Below are positions 49,336-58,649 of a stretch of 64,000 nucleotides of DNA, piece by piece (within the stretch, counting starts at the first letter, position 1; every line of letters starts with the position of its first letter). A model generated the notes under the pieces. It was not told the origin of the DNA and did no database searches. It worked only from the letters and a program-made list of their open reading frames with translations. This stretch comes from an uncultured Actinomycetes bacterium (GTDB lineage Bacteria > Actinomycetota > Thermoleophilia > UBA2241): positions 448,001 to 512,000 of the forward strand of contig CAVRZA010000006.1 of assembly GCA_963725665.1 (NCBI GenBank), in the 5' to 3' direction. The position numbers were made by a program, and so were the translations under genes.

Positions 49336-51945
49336 ATGAGAACAAGACCGCTGAGAATCGTCAGGCTGCTTGCGCTGAGCCTCTTGGGCGCCTTCTGCCT
49401 CGCCCTCCTGGTGCCTCTTGGAGTGGCGGGGGCGGCCACGTTCGAGACGTGGACCCCTCAGAGCTCCGGCACCGCGCAATCCTTGTACGACGCCGCGTTC
49501 GTCAACTCGAAGACGGGCTGGGCGGTAGGGGCCGGCGGCACGATCCGCCACACCACCAACGGCGGCACCACCTGGACGGCGCAGACGTCGGGCACCACAC
49601 AGGCCCTCTACGCGGTGGCGTTCGTCGACGCCACCAAGGGTTGGGCGGTCGGCGGCAGAGGGACCATCATGCGGACCACCAACGGCGGCACCACCTGGAC
49701 GGCGCAGACGTCGGGCACCACGCAGACGCTCTACGCGGTGGCGTTCGTCGACGCCAACAACGGTTGGGCGGTCGGCGGCAGAGGGACCATCCGGCGGACC
49801 ACCAACGGCGGCACCACCTGGGCGGCGCAGACGTCGGGCACCACGCAGACGCTCTACGCGGTGGCGTTCGTCGACGCCAACAACGGTTGGGCGGTCGGCG
49901 GCAGAGGGACCGTCCGGCGGACCACCAACGGCGGCACCACCTGGAGCTCGCAGAGCGTGGGCGGCCGGCAGACCCTGTACGACGTCACCTTCAGCGACGT
50001 CAACAGCGGCTGGCTGGTCGGCTCCAGCGGCACGATCCGGCACACCACGAACGGCGGCGCTTCGTGGAGTACACAGAGCTCGGGGACTCGTCAGACCCTC
50101 TACGCCATCACCTTCGTCACTGCCGACGACGGCTGGGCGGTCGGTTCCGGGGGCACGATACGGCACACGACGAACGCCGGCTCTGTCTGGACGGGCGAGA
50201 CCTCCGGGACGACCCAGACACTGCGGAGCCTCTCGCGGTCGTCGGGCGCCCTCTGGGCGACTGGCTACGGAGGCACGATCCTGACGTGTCTACCCGATAC
50301 AGCACCCCCGACGACGACGGCGACCGGACTGCAGGCGGACGACCACTCGGGGTGGAGGAACGCGAGCCAGTCCGTGACCCTGGCGGCGAGCGACGGCAAG
50401 GGCTCCGGCGTGGCCGCCACCTACTACACGGTCGACGGCGGTCCGCAGCAGACCTACAGCGGCGCGTTCGCCGTCTCGGGCACCGGTCGGCACCCGGTGA
50501 CCTACTGGTCGGTCGACGTTGCCTCTAACGCCGAGATTGCGCACACCGGCTGGGTCAACATCGACATGGCGGCGCCGACCGTCGGCGACGACGCCGACGC
50601 GCTCTGGCACAACAGCGCCGTGACCGTGCAGCTGAACCCCGCCGATCTCGGCGGCAGCGGTCTCGCCGGCACGCAGTACCGCCAGCGGGGCTCGACCACG
50701 TGGGTCGCGACAGCCGGCGATGCCTTCACCGTGCCGGCACCGGCCGGTGGCGGCAACGACGGCGCCCACGCCTACGAGTACCGCGCTCTCGACAACGTCG
50801 GCAACGCCAGCGCGACCGGCAGCTGCACCGTGCGCATTGACACCACACCGGCGACCTGCGCGACCAGCGGCCTCGCCCCCGACCAACTCACCAGCTGGTC
50901 GACGACGGACCGGCAGGTGACGCTCTCGGCCGACGACGGCGCCGGCTCCGGCGTGGCCGCCGTCTACTACACCGTCGACGGCGGCGGCCAGCGCACCTAC
51001 GCCGGCGCTTTCACCGTCTCGGGCGTTGCGCAGCACCCGGTGACCTACTGGTCGGTCGACAGGGCCGGCAACGTCGAGGCCACCCGGACCGGATGGGTGA
51101 ACATTGCCACCTTCTACGCGGAGGCCACCGGCCTGGCGCCGGACGCCGACTCCGGCTGGCGCAACAGTGACGCCCCCGTGACCATCACCGCCGGCGGGGG
51201 CCCCGCGCCGCTGAGCGTCTCTTACAAGCTCGATGGGGGCGACTGGCAGACGGTCGCCGACGGCACCTCCTTCACGGTGTCCGGCGTGGGCCATCACACG
51301 GTCGTCTGCTACACGACGAACGGGATCGGCGAAACGTCCGTCCCGCTGACCGGCTACGTCAACATCGAGACGACGGCGCCCGTCACGGCGAGAGGCGCAG
51401 TGCCCGCCGGCTGGCGGCGTACCACGCTCACGGTGACGCTGCAGCCGACCGACGCGGACTCGGGTGTCGCATCGACCCTCTACAGCATCGACGGCGGGCC
51501 CGAGATCAACGGCACCTCGGTCACCCTCCAGGCTCCGTCAGACCACACCATGGACGGCGCCCACACGGTCAGGTACCACTCGGTCGACAACGCCGGCAAC
51601 GTCGAGGCGACGAAGAGCTTCGTGGTGCGCATCGACACACGCAAGCCCTCCACAAGGGCGCCGTACCGGGCGAGCGTGATCCGCAATGGCTACGCGAAGC
51701 TGCGCTGCAGGATCGTGGACGCGAAGCCCTGCGCCCTGTATGGATCGGCCCAGATCGTCGTCAAGAAGCTCAACGGGCGCGTCGCCCTGCGCAAGAGCTA
51801 CACCCACGTGCGCACCAACGCCCTCGTCAAGCTCAAGCTGCGCTGCAAGCTCGCCCGCGGCACGTACCGCTTCTTCGTCCTCGCCAAGGACGCCGCCGGC
51901 AACAAGCAGTCGAAGATCGGCCACAACAAGCTGATCGTGCGCTGA
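49336..51945 (+). CDS. Secreted YCF48/BNR-type beta-propeller with Ig-like repeats and basic C-terminal domain
   Basis: Signal peptide, 41-aa repeats (GWAVG..GTI..TTNGGTTW..QTSGT), repeated 'SGVA.TYYTVDGG...YWSVD.AGN.E' modules and a terminal AKDAAGN...LIVR domain. Confidence 0.85.
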   Translation: MRTRPLRIVRLLALSLLGAFCLALLVPLGVAGAATFETWTPQSSGTAQSLYDAAFVNSKTGWAVGAGGTIRHTTNGGTTWTAQTSGTTQALYAVAFVDATKGWAVGGRGTIMRTTNGGTTWTAQTSGTTQTLYAVAFVDANNGWAVGGRGTIRRTTNGGTTWAAQTSGTTQTLYAVAFVDANNGWAVGGRGTVRRTTNGGTTWSSQSVGGRQTLYDVTFSDVNSGWLVGSSGTIRHTTNGGASWSTQSSGTRQTLYAITFVTADDGWAVGSGGTIRHTTNAGSVWTGETSGTTQTLRSLSRSSGALWATGYGGTILTCLPDTAPPTTTATGLQADDHSGWRNASQSVTLAASDGKGSGVAATYYTVDGGPQQTYSGAFAVSGTGRHPVTYWSVDVASNAEIAHTGWVNIDMAAPTVGDDADALWHNSAVTVQLNPADLGGSGLAGTQYRQRGSTTWVATAGDAFTVPAPAGGGNDGAHAYEYRALDNVGNASATGSCTVRIDTTPATCATSGLAPDQLTSWSTTDRQVTLSADDGAGSGVAAVYYTVDGGGQRTYAGAFTVSGVAQHPVTYWSVDRAGNVEATRTGWVNIATFYAEATGLAPDADSGWRNSDAPVTITAGGGPAPLSVSYKLDGGDWQTVADGTSFTVSGVGHHTVVCYTTNGIGETSVPLTGYVNIETTAPVTARGAVPAGWRRTTLTVTLQPTDADSGVASTLYSIDGGPEINGTSVTLQAPSDHTMDGAHTVRYHSVDNAGNVEATKSFVVRIDTRKPSTRAPYRASVIRNGYAKLRCRIVDAKPCALYGSAQIVVKKLNGRVALRKSYTHVRTNALVKLKLRCKLARGTYRFFVLAKDAAGNKQSKIGHNKLIVR
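49555..49944 (+). repeat. Near-identical 123-bp intragenic tandem repeats
   Basis: accaacggcggcaccacctgg recurs at 49555, 49678, 49801 and 49924. Confidence 0.9.
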
Positions 51946-51977
51946 CCGCGACGGCAGAGTAGCGCCAAGGCGCGATC

Positions 51978-52020
51978 GGGCGCGGGCGCGGGAGGCCGCA
52001 GGCCTCCCGCGCCCGTGCCC
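51978..52020. terminator. Hairpin between convergent genes
   Basis: gggcgcgggcgcgggaggcc-gca-ggcctcccgcgcccgtgccc. Confidence 0.65.
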
Positions 52021-52022
52021 TG

Positions 52023-52820
52023 TCACGACGAACGACGAGCGGCGACGAGTACTCCGGCAACCAGCCCCTCGACGGTGTGCGGGTCGGCCTCGACGGCCAC
52101 AGTCAGGCCGTGACGGCGCAGCGTCTCGCTCGTGACGGGTCCGATCGAGCACAGGCGCACGCCGGCGAGACGCTGCGCCAGCCCGTCCCGGCCCATGAGA
52201 CGGACGAAGTGCTCCGCGGTCGAGCTCGCAGTGAACGTGATGAAGTCGGCGACCTCGACCTCTGAGACAGGGACGGCGAGCGCCTCAACGCCGACGGTCT
52301 CGTAGACGGTCACAACGTCGACGGTCGCTCCGGCGGCGCGAAGTGCGTCGGGGATGACCTCGCGAGCTTCGCGCGCCCGTGGGAACAGCACACGAGCGCC
52401 GTCGAGGCGCGTGCCGGCGGCAGCGAGCGCCTCGACGGCGCTCTCGGCTACTGCTTCCACCGGGACGATGTCGGGCGGTAGGCCGCGGGTGACGAGCGAC
52501 GCGGCCGTCTTCGGCCCGATGGCGACGACGGTCGCGCGCCGCATCCGCGCGGCGTCGACGCCGCACTCCGCCACCCGGTCGAGGAAGTCGCTCGCGGCGT
52601 TCACGCTGGTAAACACGGCGAGGTCGTACTCCGCGAGCCGGGCCATCACAGCGCGGATCTCGTCGTTCAGCGGTGTGGGCGCGATACGGATCACGGGCGC
52701 GAGCAGCACGCGCGCGCCGAGCGCCTCGAGCGGCCGCGCCAGCGCGGCCGCCTGCGCTTCGGCGCGCGTGACGACGACCGTCAGGCCGCTGAGAGGCTGC
52801 TCGTCCTGCCCCCCGCTCAC
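52023..52820 (-). CDS. hemD: Uroporphyrinogen-III synthase
   Basis: PLSGLTVVVTR, FTSVNA, AIGPKTA, VYET, FTASSTA, IGPVTS. Confidence 0.92.
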   Translation of the reverse strand: MSGGQDEQPLSGLTVVVTRAEAQAAALARPLEALGARVLLAPVIRIAPTPLNDEIRAVMARLAEYDLAVFTSVNAASDFLDRVAECGVDAARMRRATVVAIGPKTAASLVTRGLPPDIVPVEAVAESAVEALAAAGTRLDGARVLFPRAREAREVIPDALRAAGATVDVVTVYETVGVEALAVPVSEVEVADFITFTASSTAEHFVRLMGRDGLAQRLAGVRLCSIGPVTSETLRRHGLTVAVEADPHTVEGLVAGVLVAARRSS

Positions 52821-53788
52821 GTGACCTGCACGGGGGGGCCCGCGTCGACGCCGCGCACGGCCTCGAGGATGCGGTCGGCGCCGCGCTCGAGCAGACGTGA
52901 CGCCAGCTCGCCTCCCAACTTCTCCGGGTCCTCCAGGGCGCCGCTTGCAGCGTCGCGCACACACAGCCGACCGTCGAGCGACCCGACGAAGGCGCGCAGG
53001 TGCAGCTCGCCGTCGGCGAGCTCGCCGTGCGCGCCGATCGGCACCTGACAACCCCCCTCGAGCCGGTGCATCAGCGCGCGCTCGGCGCGCACCGCAAGGG
53101 CGGTCGGGCGATGATCGAGGGGCGCGACGAGCGCGCCCACGCGCTCGTCGCGCGCGCGCATCTCGATCGCCAAGGCCCCCTGACCGACCGCCGGGAGCAT
53201 CTCGTCGAAGCCGAAGACGAAGGACACGATCTCGGGCCGCCCCAAGCGACGCAGCCCGGCCAGCGCGAGCACCGTGCCGGCGAGCCCCTGCTCACCGATC
53301 TTGCGCAGACGCGTCTCGACGTTGCCGCGGATATCGGTCAGCTCGAGGTCGGGGCGCAGCGCAAGGAGCTGCGAGCGGCGGCGCAGGCTCGACGAGCCGA
53401 CGCGCGCCTGCGGCGGCAGGTCGGCCGTTGAGCCTGCGCCGCCGCTCCCTCCTGCGCCGACGAAGGCGTCGCGCACGTCCTCGCGCTCGGTGAAGGCGCC
53501 CAATCCAAGCCCGTCGGGGAGCACCGTGGGCATGTCCTTCGCCGAGTGCACCGCGACGTCGATGCGGCCCTCGAGGAGTGCGCTCTCGAGCTCCTTCGTG
53601 AAGAGGCCCTTGTCGCCGATCTTGGCCAGCGGCGCATCGAGGATCCTGTCGCCCTTGGTGGAGATCTCCTCGATGGTGACCTCGAGCTCGGGATGGGCCT
53701 CGCGCATCCGGTCGCGCACCCACTGCGCCTGGATCAGGGCGAGCCGGCTGCCGCGGGATCCGATGACGAGACGACGGGAAGAGCTCAC
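52817..53788 (-). CDS. hemC: Hydroxymethylbilane synthase
   Basis: GSRGSRLAL.Q, KGLFTKELE, VHSAKD, SSLRRRSQL, RGNVETRL, GGCQVPIG. Confidence 0.97.
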   Translation of the reverse strand: MSSSRRLVIGSRGSRLALIQAQWVRDRMREAHPELEVTIEEISTKGDRILDAPLAKIGDKGLFTKELESALLEGRIDVAVHSAKDMPTVLPDGLGLGAFTEREDVRDAFVGAGGSGGAGSTADLPPQARVGSSSLRRRSQLLALRPDLELTDIRGNVETRLRKIGEQGLAGTVLALAGLRRLGRPEIVSFVFGFDEMLPAVGQGALAIEMRARDERVGALVAPLDHRPTALAVRAERALMHRLEGGCQVPIGAHGELADGELHLRAFVGSLDGRLCVRDAASGALEDPEKLGGELASRLLERGADRILEAVRGVDAGPPVQVT

Positions 53789-53798
53789 GCGGCCCCTC

Positions 53799-55307
53799 TC
53801 ACGCGGCCCCTTGGGAACGCCCGCGTGCCGCGCGCGAACCGGCCAACTCGTCGCCGTGCGACTCATGGCCGCTCGACTCGTCGCCGCCCGACTCGCCCGC
53901 GCTCGACTCGTCGTCGGTCGGCTCGTCGTCGGTCGGCTCGTCGGCGGTCGGCTCGTCGGCAGCGCCGACCTCGTCCTCAGCCCGGAGCGGGCCGGCGGAT
54001 GCGGGCGTGCTCTCGCCCTCTGCCGGCGCGTCTTCCTGCAGCTCCTCGAGGCCGAACAGATGGCGCAACGCCTCGATGTAGAGCGTGGCGTCGCGGTCGG
54101 TCGCGGCGAGCTCCTTCAGGCGCACCGTAGGCTGATGGAGGATCTTGTTCACGAGACAGGTCGAGAGCATCTCGACCTTGCGCAGGGTCTCCTCGTCGAC
54201 ATCGCCCATGCGGCGCGCGATGCGCTCGAACTCGGCCTGACGCATCTTCTCGACCTCGCTGCGCAGGAGGTTGATGGTCGGCACGACCTCGAGACCGGCG
54301 AGCCACGCCTCGACCCTGGCGACCTCCTCCTCGACGATGCCCTCGGCCTCCTCGGCCTCACGCTCCCGGGCGCCCCGGTTGCGGTCGACGATCTCCTGCA
54401 GGTCGTCGATGTCGTACAGGTAAGCCCCATCGATCTTGTTGATCTCGGGCTCGCAGTCGCGCGGCACGGCGATGTCGATCAGGAACAACGGTCGATGCCG
54501 GCGCACGCGCATGGCGCGCTCGACCTGCGCCTTGTGGACGACGTAGAGGGGCGCGGCCGTCGACGAGATGACGATGTCGGCGATGGCGAGGTGCTCCTCG
54601 AGACGATCCCACTCGACGGCCGAGCCGCCGTAGCGCTCGGCGAGCTCCTGCCCGGCGGAGAGGGTGCGGTTGGTGACGAAGATCTTGCGGATCCCCTGCG
54701 CCTTGAGATGAGTCGCCGTGAGCTCGCTCATCTCGCCCGCCCCGAGGATCAGGACGACGTGGTTCTCGAGCTTGCCGAAGACCTGCAGCGCCAGCTCCAC
54801 GGCCGCGGAGCTGATCGACACCGGCCGCTCGCCGATGGTCGTCTCGGTGCGCACGCGCTTGCCCACCTCGACGGCGTGGCGGAAGACCTTGTTGAGCACG
54901 ACGCTCGAGCAGCCCGAGTCGCCGGCGACCTGATGGGCCGCCTTGATCTGCGCCAGGATCTGCGCCTCGCCGACGACCATCGAGTCGAGGCTCGACGCCA
55001 CGCGGAAGAGGTGAGCGATGGCGCCTGGGCCGGTGTGGACATAGGCATAAGGCTCGAGCTCGGCCGCGCCGGCGCCGGCGCATCCGGCGAGCCGTACGAG
55101 CGCGGCGCTGCGCGCCGCGCTCGTGTCCTCGGCGTAGAGGTAGAGCTCGGTGCGGTTGCACGTCGAGAGGGCGACCGCCTCGCCGATCGAGTCGTCGCGC
55201 AAGAAACCCGAGGCGACGTGCACACACTGGCCCTCGTCGAGCGCCAGGCGCTCGCGCAGCTCGACCGGCGAGGTCTTGTGCGAGACACCGACGCAGATCA
55301 CCTGCAT
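53799..55307 (-). CDS. hemA: Glutamyl-tRNA reductase with acidic repeat tail
   Basis: LSTCNRTE, SLDSMVVGEAQIL.Q, GAGEM, DIAVPRD. Confidence 0.96.
   Translation of the reverse strand: MQVICVGVSHKTSPVELRERLALDEGQCVHVASGFLRDDSIGEAVALSTCNRTELYLYAEDTSAARSAALVRLAGCAGAGAAELEPYAYVHTGPGAIAHLFRVASSLDSMVVGEAQILAQIKAAHQVAGDSGCSSVVLNKVFRHAVEVGKRVRTETTIGERPVSISSAAVELALQVFGKLENHVVLILGAGEMSELTATHLKAQGIRKIFVTNRTLSAGQELAERYGGSAVEWDRLEEHLAIADIVISSTAAPLYVVHKAQVERAMRVRRHRPLFLIDIAVPRDCEPEINKIDGAYLYDIDDLQEIVDRNRGAREREAEEAEGIVEEEVARVEAWLAGLEVVPTINLLRSEVEKMRQAEFERIARRMGDVDEETLRKVEMLSTCLVNKILHQPTVRLKELAATDRDATLYIEALRHLFGLEELQEDAPAEGESTPASAGPLRAEDEVGAADEPTADEPTDDEPTDDESSAGESGGDESSGHESHGDELAGSRAARGRSQGAA
53845..53960 (-). 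repeat. Degenerate 15-bp tandem repeat (about 8 units) in the hemA 3' end
   Basis: Encodes ADEPT-ADEPT-DDEPT-DDESS-AGESG-GDESS-GHESH-GDEL. Confidence 0.8.
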
Positions 55308-55406
55308 AGGACCCTCCGCGCGGGCATGATCCGCGCCCCGGCCATCGCGGAATCCATAGGGACGCCCGCCCTCACGCTCGCCCTCTTGCCTGACGCGACA
55401 CCCACG

Positions 55407-56234
55407 TTAGCTCCCGTACGTGTGGAAGCTCGACAGGAACGGCACGGCGGCAAAGCGGATCAGCAGCAGGCACACGAGGCCGGCGAGGGCCAGATACGCC
55501 GTGCGTCGTCCGCGCCAGCCGGCACTGACACGCGCGTAGAGGAACCCGGCGTACACAGCCCAGGCGACGATGGCCAGCCACACCAGAGGGTCGAGGTACC
55601 AGTCGTGCACGCCCCACTTCTGCGCCCGGATGATGCCGGCGATGATGCCCATCGAGAGGAACGGCAGCCCGAAAAGGATGGCGTGGAAGGTGAGCCTGTC
55701 GAGCGTCTCGAGCGATGGCAGGCGCCCCAGAACGGCGTTGAAGCCGTGGCGTTTGAGCTGCCAGTCCTCGATGAGGTAGAGGACGGCCGCGCCGGCGGCC
55801 AGGTTGAAGGCCGCGAGCGAGGTGAAGATGACGGCCACGTGCAGGGCCACGAGGTCACTCTTGAGCACCGGCAGCAGCCCGGCCGGCGCGCTGTAGTTCG
55901 CCCAGGCCACGCCCAGCAGGATCACCACCGCGGGCATGGCGTAGAGGCCGATGGCGCGCACGCTAGTGCGCAGCTCGAGGATGAGGTAGACGAGGGCGAT
56001 GAACCAGGCGATGAGCGAGAGCGACTCGTAGGCGCCGAAGACCGGCACGTGCCCGGCCGAGACGCCGCGCAAGACGAGCGCGACCGTCTGGGCGATCCAC
56101 GCCGCGAGCACGACGAAGAGACCCCAGCGGTTGAACACCGGCCGTTTCGAGACCAGGTGGTAGACGAAGAGGACGAACGCCGCTCCGTAGAGCAGGAACG
56201 CCACCCAGAACAAGACCACCGAGACGTGTTCCAC
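55407..56234 (-). CDS. CcsA/HemX-like cytochrome c assembly family membrane protein
   Basis: About 8 TM segments, GHVP...YESL, LHVA, RLPSLETLD, DP..W, GWRGRR. Directly upstream of hemA. Confidence 0.85.
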   Translation of the reverse strand: MEHVSVVLFWVAFLLYGAAFVLFVYHLVSKRPVFNRWGLFVVLAAWIAQTVALVLRGVSAGHVPVFGAYESLSLIAWFIALVYLILELRTSVRAIGLYAMPAVVILLGVAWANYSAPAGLLPVLKSDLVALHVAVIFTSLAAFNLAAGAAVLYLIEDWQLKRHGFNAVLGRLPSLETLDRLTFHAILFGLPFLSMGIIAGIIRAQKWGVHDWYLDPLVWLAIVAWAVYAGFLYARVSAGWRGRRTAYLALAGLVCLLLIRFAAVPFLSSFHTYGS

Positions 56235-56265
56235 CCGCTCGCTCCCCGTCTCCAGTTCCTGCCGT

Positions 56266-56430
56266 CTAGCGGGCCGAGCCCTCCCGCCTGTCGAGCACCT
56301 CGTTCATCAGCCGCACCTCGCGCTCGAGCATGGTGACACGGCGAGCGACGAACACCACATACACGGCCACCGCCACCCAGATGATGGCGTAGGCGGCCGC
56401 CACGTACTTGACCGCTTCTTCGAGTGGCAT
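56266..56430 (-). CDS. ccmD: CcmD-like small membrane protein (54 aa, not in the ORF track)
   Basis: MPLEEAVKYVAAAYAIIWVAVAVYVVFVARRVTMLEREVRL..., immediately after ccmC. Confidence 0.8.
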   Translation of the reverse strand: MPLEEAVKYVAAAYAIIWVAVAVYVVFVARRVTMLEREVRLMNEVLDRREGSAR

Positions 56431-56433
56431 GGG

Positions 56434-57180
56434 TTATCTCCCCAGTCGGTTCTTGAGATGATCGAGCTCCTCCCTGAGCCGGGCGGCCGCGAGCTCGGCG
56501 CGCAGCAGACCGACGAAGAAGAGCGTCATGCCGACCATCGCGACCATGAAGGCGATCAGGTCGCGATGGTCCATCTGCGCGCCCCTGTCGGTGAACACCA
56601 CAGGATGCAGGCCGGCCGGCATGAGTCGCGTCGCCACGAACGTGATGGGCACGTCGATGAAGGCGATGATGGCGAACAGCGCCGAGTACGTCGCCCGGCG
56701 CTCTTCCTCGTCGACCGAGGAGCGCAAGACGAAGTAGGCGGCGTAGAGCAGGCAGGCGATGAGGAACGTCGTGAGCCTGGGTTCCCAGGCCCACCAGGCG
56801 CCCCAGGCGGCCTTGCCCCAGATCATCCCCGTGGCCATGACGAGCAGGCTGAAGAGCAGGCCGAGACGGATCGCGGCCACGCCCAGCCGGTCGTACTTGG
56901 CGTCGCGCGAGCGCAGATAAAGGATGCCGGCCACGAAAGCGACGCCGAAGGCCAGCAGAGCCGTCTCGGCGACCGGCACGTGGAAGTAGAAGATCTTCTG
57001 GCTGAAGCCCATCGTCGAGGCGTCGGTGGGCGCATACCAGAAGCCGAGGATGGCGCCCGCCGCGAGCAGCACGGCAGCGTACGCGAGCAGCGCCGGGGCC
57101 GACACCAGCCGTTGCAGCGTCGAACCCTGGGCGGCAGAGGAGACGGGGGCGGCGATCGACTGGGAGCTCTCCACAGTCAC
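56434..57180 (-). CDS. ccmC: Heme exporter/chaperone CcmC
   Basis: KIFYFHVP, WGKAAWGAWWAWEPRLTT, LHP. Confidence 0.93.
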   Translation of the reverse strand: MTVESSQSIAAPVSSAAQGSTLQRLVSAPALLAYAAVLLAAGAILGFWYAPTDASTMGFSQKIFYFHVPVAETALLAFGVAFVAGILYLRSRDAKYDRLGVAAIRLGLLFSLLVMATGMIWGKAAWGAWWAWEPRLTTFLIACLLYAAYFVLRSSVDEEERRATYSALFAIIAFIDVPITFVATRLMPAGLHPVVFTDRGAQMDHRDLIAFMVAMVGMTLFFVGLLRAELAAARLREELDHLKNRLGR

Positions 57181-57914
57181 TCTCCTATCGCGAAGTCGTA
57201 GGTCCCGTAGGCCGCCAGGACGAAAATCGCGTCGTAGGCGGCGAGAAAGCCAAGCTTAGCACCGAGCGAGCCGAGGCTCGCCGTCTGGGCGAAGATGCCC
57301 GTCGTCGCCGCGGTGGCGGCGATGAGCACGGGGATGATGAGCGGCAGGAACACGATCGGCAGCAGCAGGTCGCGGGCCTTGGTGTTCATCGCGATCGTGG
57401 CCATCAGCGTGCCCACGGCGCACACACCAATGTCGGCCAGGAGCAGCACGGCGAAGAAGGCCGGCAGGTCGGCGGCGTAGCTCGTCTTCACGAAGAACAA
57501 CGTGAAGATGGGCACCGCCAGGGCCTGGATGACGAGCAGGAAGATCAGGTTGCCCGTCATCTTGGCGAGGAAGATGGTCACGCGGTCGACCGGGCACAGC
57601 AACAGCCCGTCGAGGCAGCCCTCGTCCTTCTCGTGCACGAAGCTGCGGTTCAGACCTAGAAGGGCGCCGAAGATGAACGTCACCCACAACATGCCGCCGG
57701 TGAAGTAGGTCAGGTCCGTGTTCTCGCGCACGCTGAAGGCGAAGTGGAAGACGACCATCGCCAGCACCGCAAAGAGGAACATCGAGAGTAGCATCTCCTT
57801 GGTGCGCAGCTCGCTGATGACGTCCTTCTTGACGATGGTGTAGAGCTGCCGCCCCGCCGAGATGCGGGCGGGCGGCAGCTCGACGGCGCCGACTCCGACA
57901 GCTCCCGCTTCCAC
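57177..57914 (-). CDS. ccmB: CcmB permease
   Basis: KD...ELR, RSF..EKDEGCLDGLLL.P, LLLPI..PL.IPVLI. Confidence 0.92.
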   Translation of the reverse strand: MEAGAVGVGAVELPPARISAGRQLYTIVKKDVISELRTKEMLLSMFLFAVLAMVVFHFAFSVRENTDLTYFTGGMLWVTFIFGALLGLNRSFVHEKDEGCLDGLLLCPVDRVTIFLAKMTGNLIFLLVIQALAVPIFTLFFVKTSYAADLPAFFAVLLLADIGVCAVGTLMATIAMNTKARDLLLPIVFLPLIIPVLIAATAATTGIFAQTASLGSLGAKLGFLAAYDAIFVLAAYGTYDFAIGE

Positions 57915-58645
57915 TAGAGCGCCACCCCCTCGTTGACGTGCTCGCGGTAGACGGCCACGAAATCACCCTCGTCGACGCGCCCGGCCTGCCGGTAGACGAT
58001 GCGCCCGGCGTCCATGATCACGACCTGCGTAGAGAGCTGCAGCGTCTTGGGGATCGAGTGCGACACCATGACGAAGGTGTGCTCGGCGCGGATCTCGTCG
58101 AGCAGGCCGTCGAGGATGTCGACCGCGTGCGGATCGAGGCCCGAGTACGGCTCGTCGAGGAGCAGGACCCGCGGCCGGTGCAGGAGCGCCCGCGCGATGG
58201 CCAGGCGCTGCAGCATGCCCTTCGAGAAGGTGCGCACCTGGTCGTAGCGGCGGTGCGAGAGCTCGACGCGCTCCAGCAGCTCGCCGATGCGGCGCTCGCG
58301 CTCGGGCACCCCGTACATGTCGGCGTAGAAGCGCAGGTTCTCGTAGGCGGTCAGGTCGAGGTAGAGCAGCGGGCTGTGCGAGATCAGGCCGATCACCCGG
58401 CGCACGGGCGTGGGGTCGTCGAGGGGATCGAGACCGGCGATGCGCACGCTGCCCGAGGTCGGGGTGAGCAGCGTCGCCAGCACGCGCAAGATGGTCGTCT
58501 TGCCGGCGCCGTTGGGACCCATGATCGAGAGGAAGCCGCCGCGCTCGACGCTGAAGCCCACGTCGCGCAGCACGTCGCGCCGCCCGAACGTCTTGTTCAG
58601 GCCCTCGACCTCTATCTCGGCGTGGGCGACATCGACCTCGGCCAC
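57914..58645 (-). CDS. ccmA: CcmA ATPase
   Basis: GPNGAGKTT, LTAYENL.F, FSKGM.QRL, LDEPYSGLD; position within the ccm cluster. Confidence 0.9.
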   Translation of the reverse strand: MAEVDVAHAEIEVEGLNKTFGRRDVLRDVGFSVERGGFLSIMGPNGAGKTTILRVLATLLTPTSGSVRIAGLDPLDDPTPVRRVIGLISHSPLLYLDLTAYENLRFYADMYGVPERERRIGELLERVELSHRRYDQVRTFSKGMLQRLAIARALLHRPRVLLLDEPYSGLDPHAVDILDGLLDEIRAEHTFVMVSHSIPKTLQLSTQVVIMDAGRIVYRQAGRVDEGDFVAVYREHVNEGVAL

Positions 58646-58649
58646 AAGG

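Noticed and set aside
53274-56336. 1020-aa plus-strand ORF and similar long ORFs (8208-10304, 42507-44537, 20826-22007, 44721-46217)
   Set aside because: Antisense shadows of well-supported genes, which are common in high-GC DNA and carry no family motifs.
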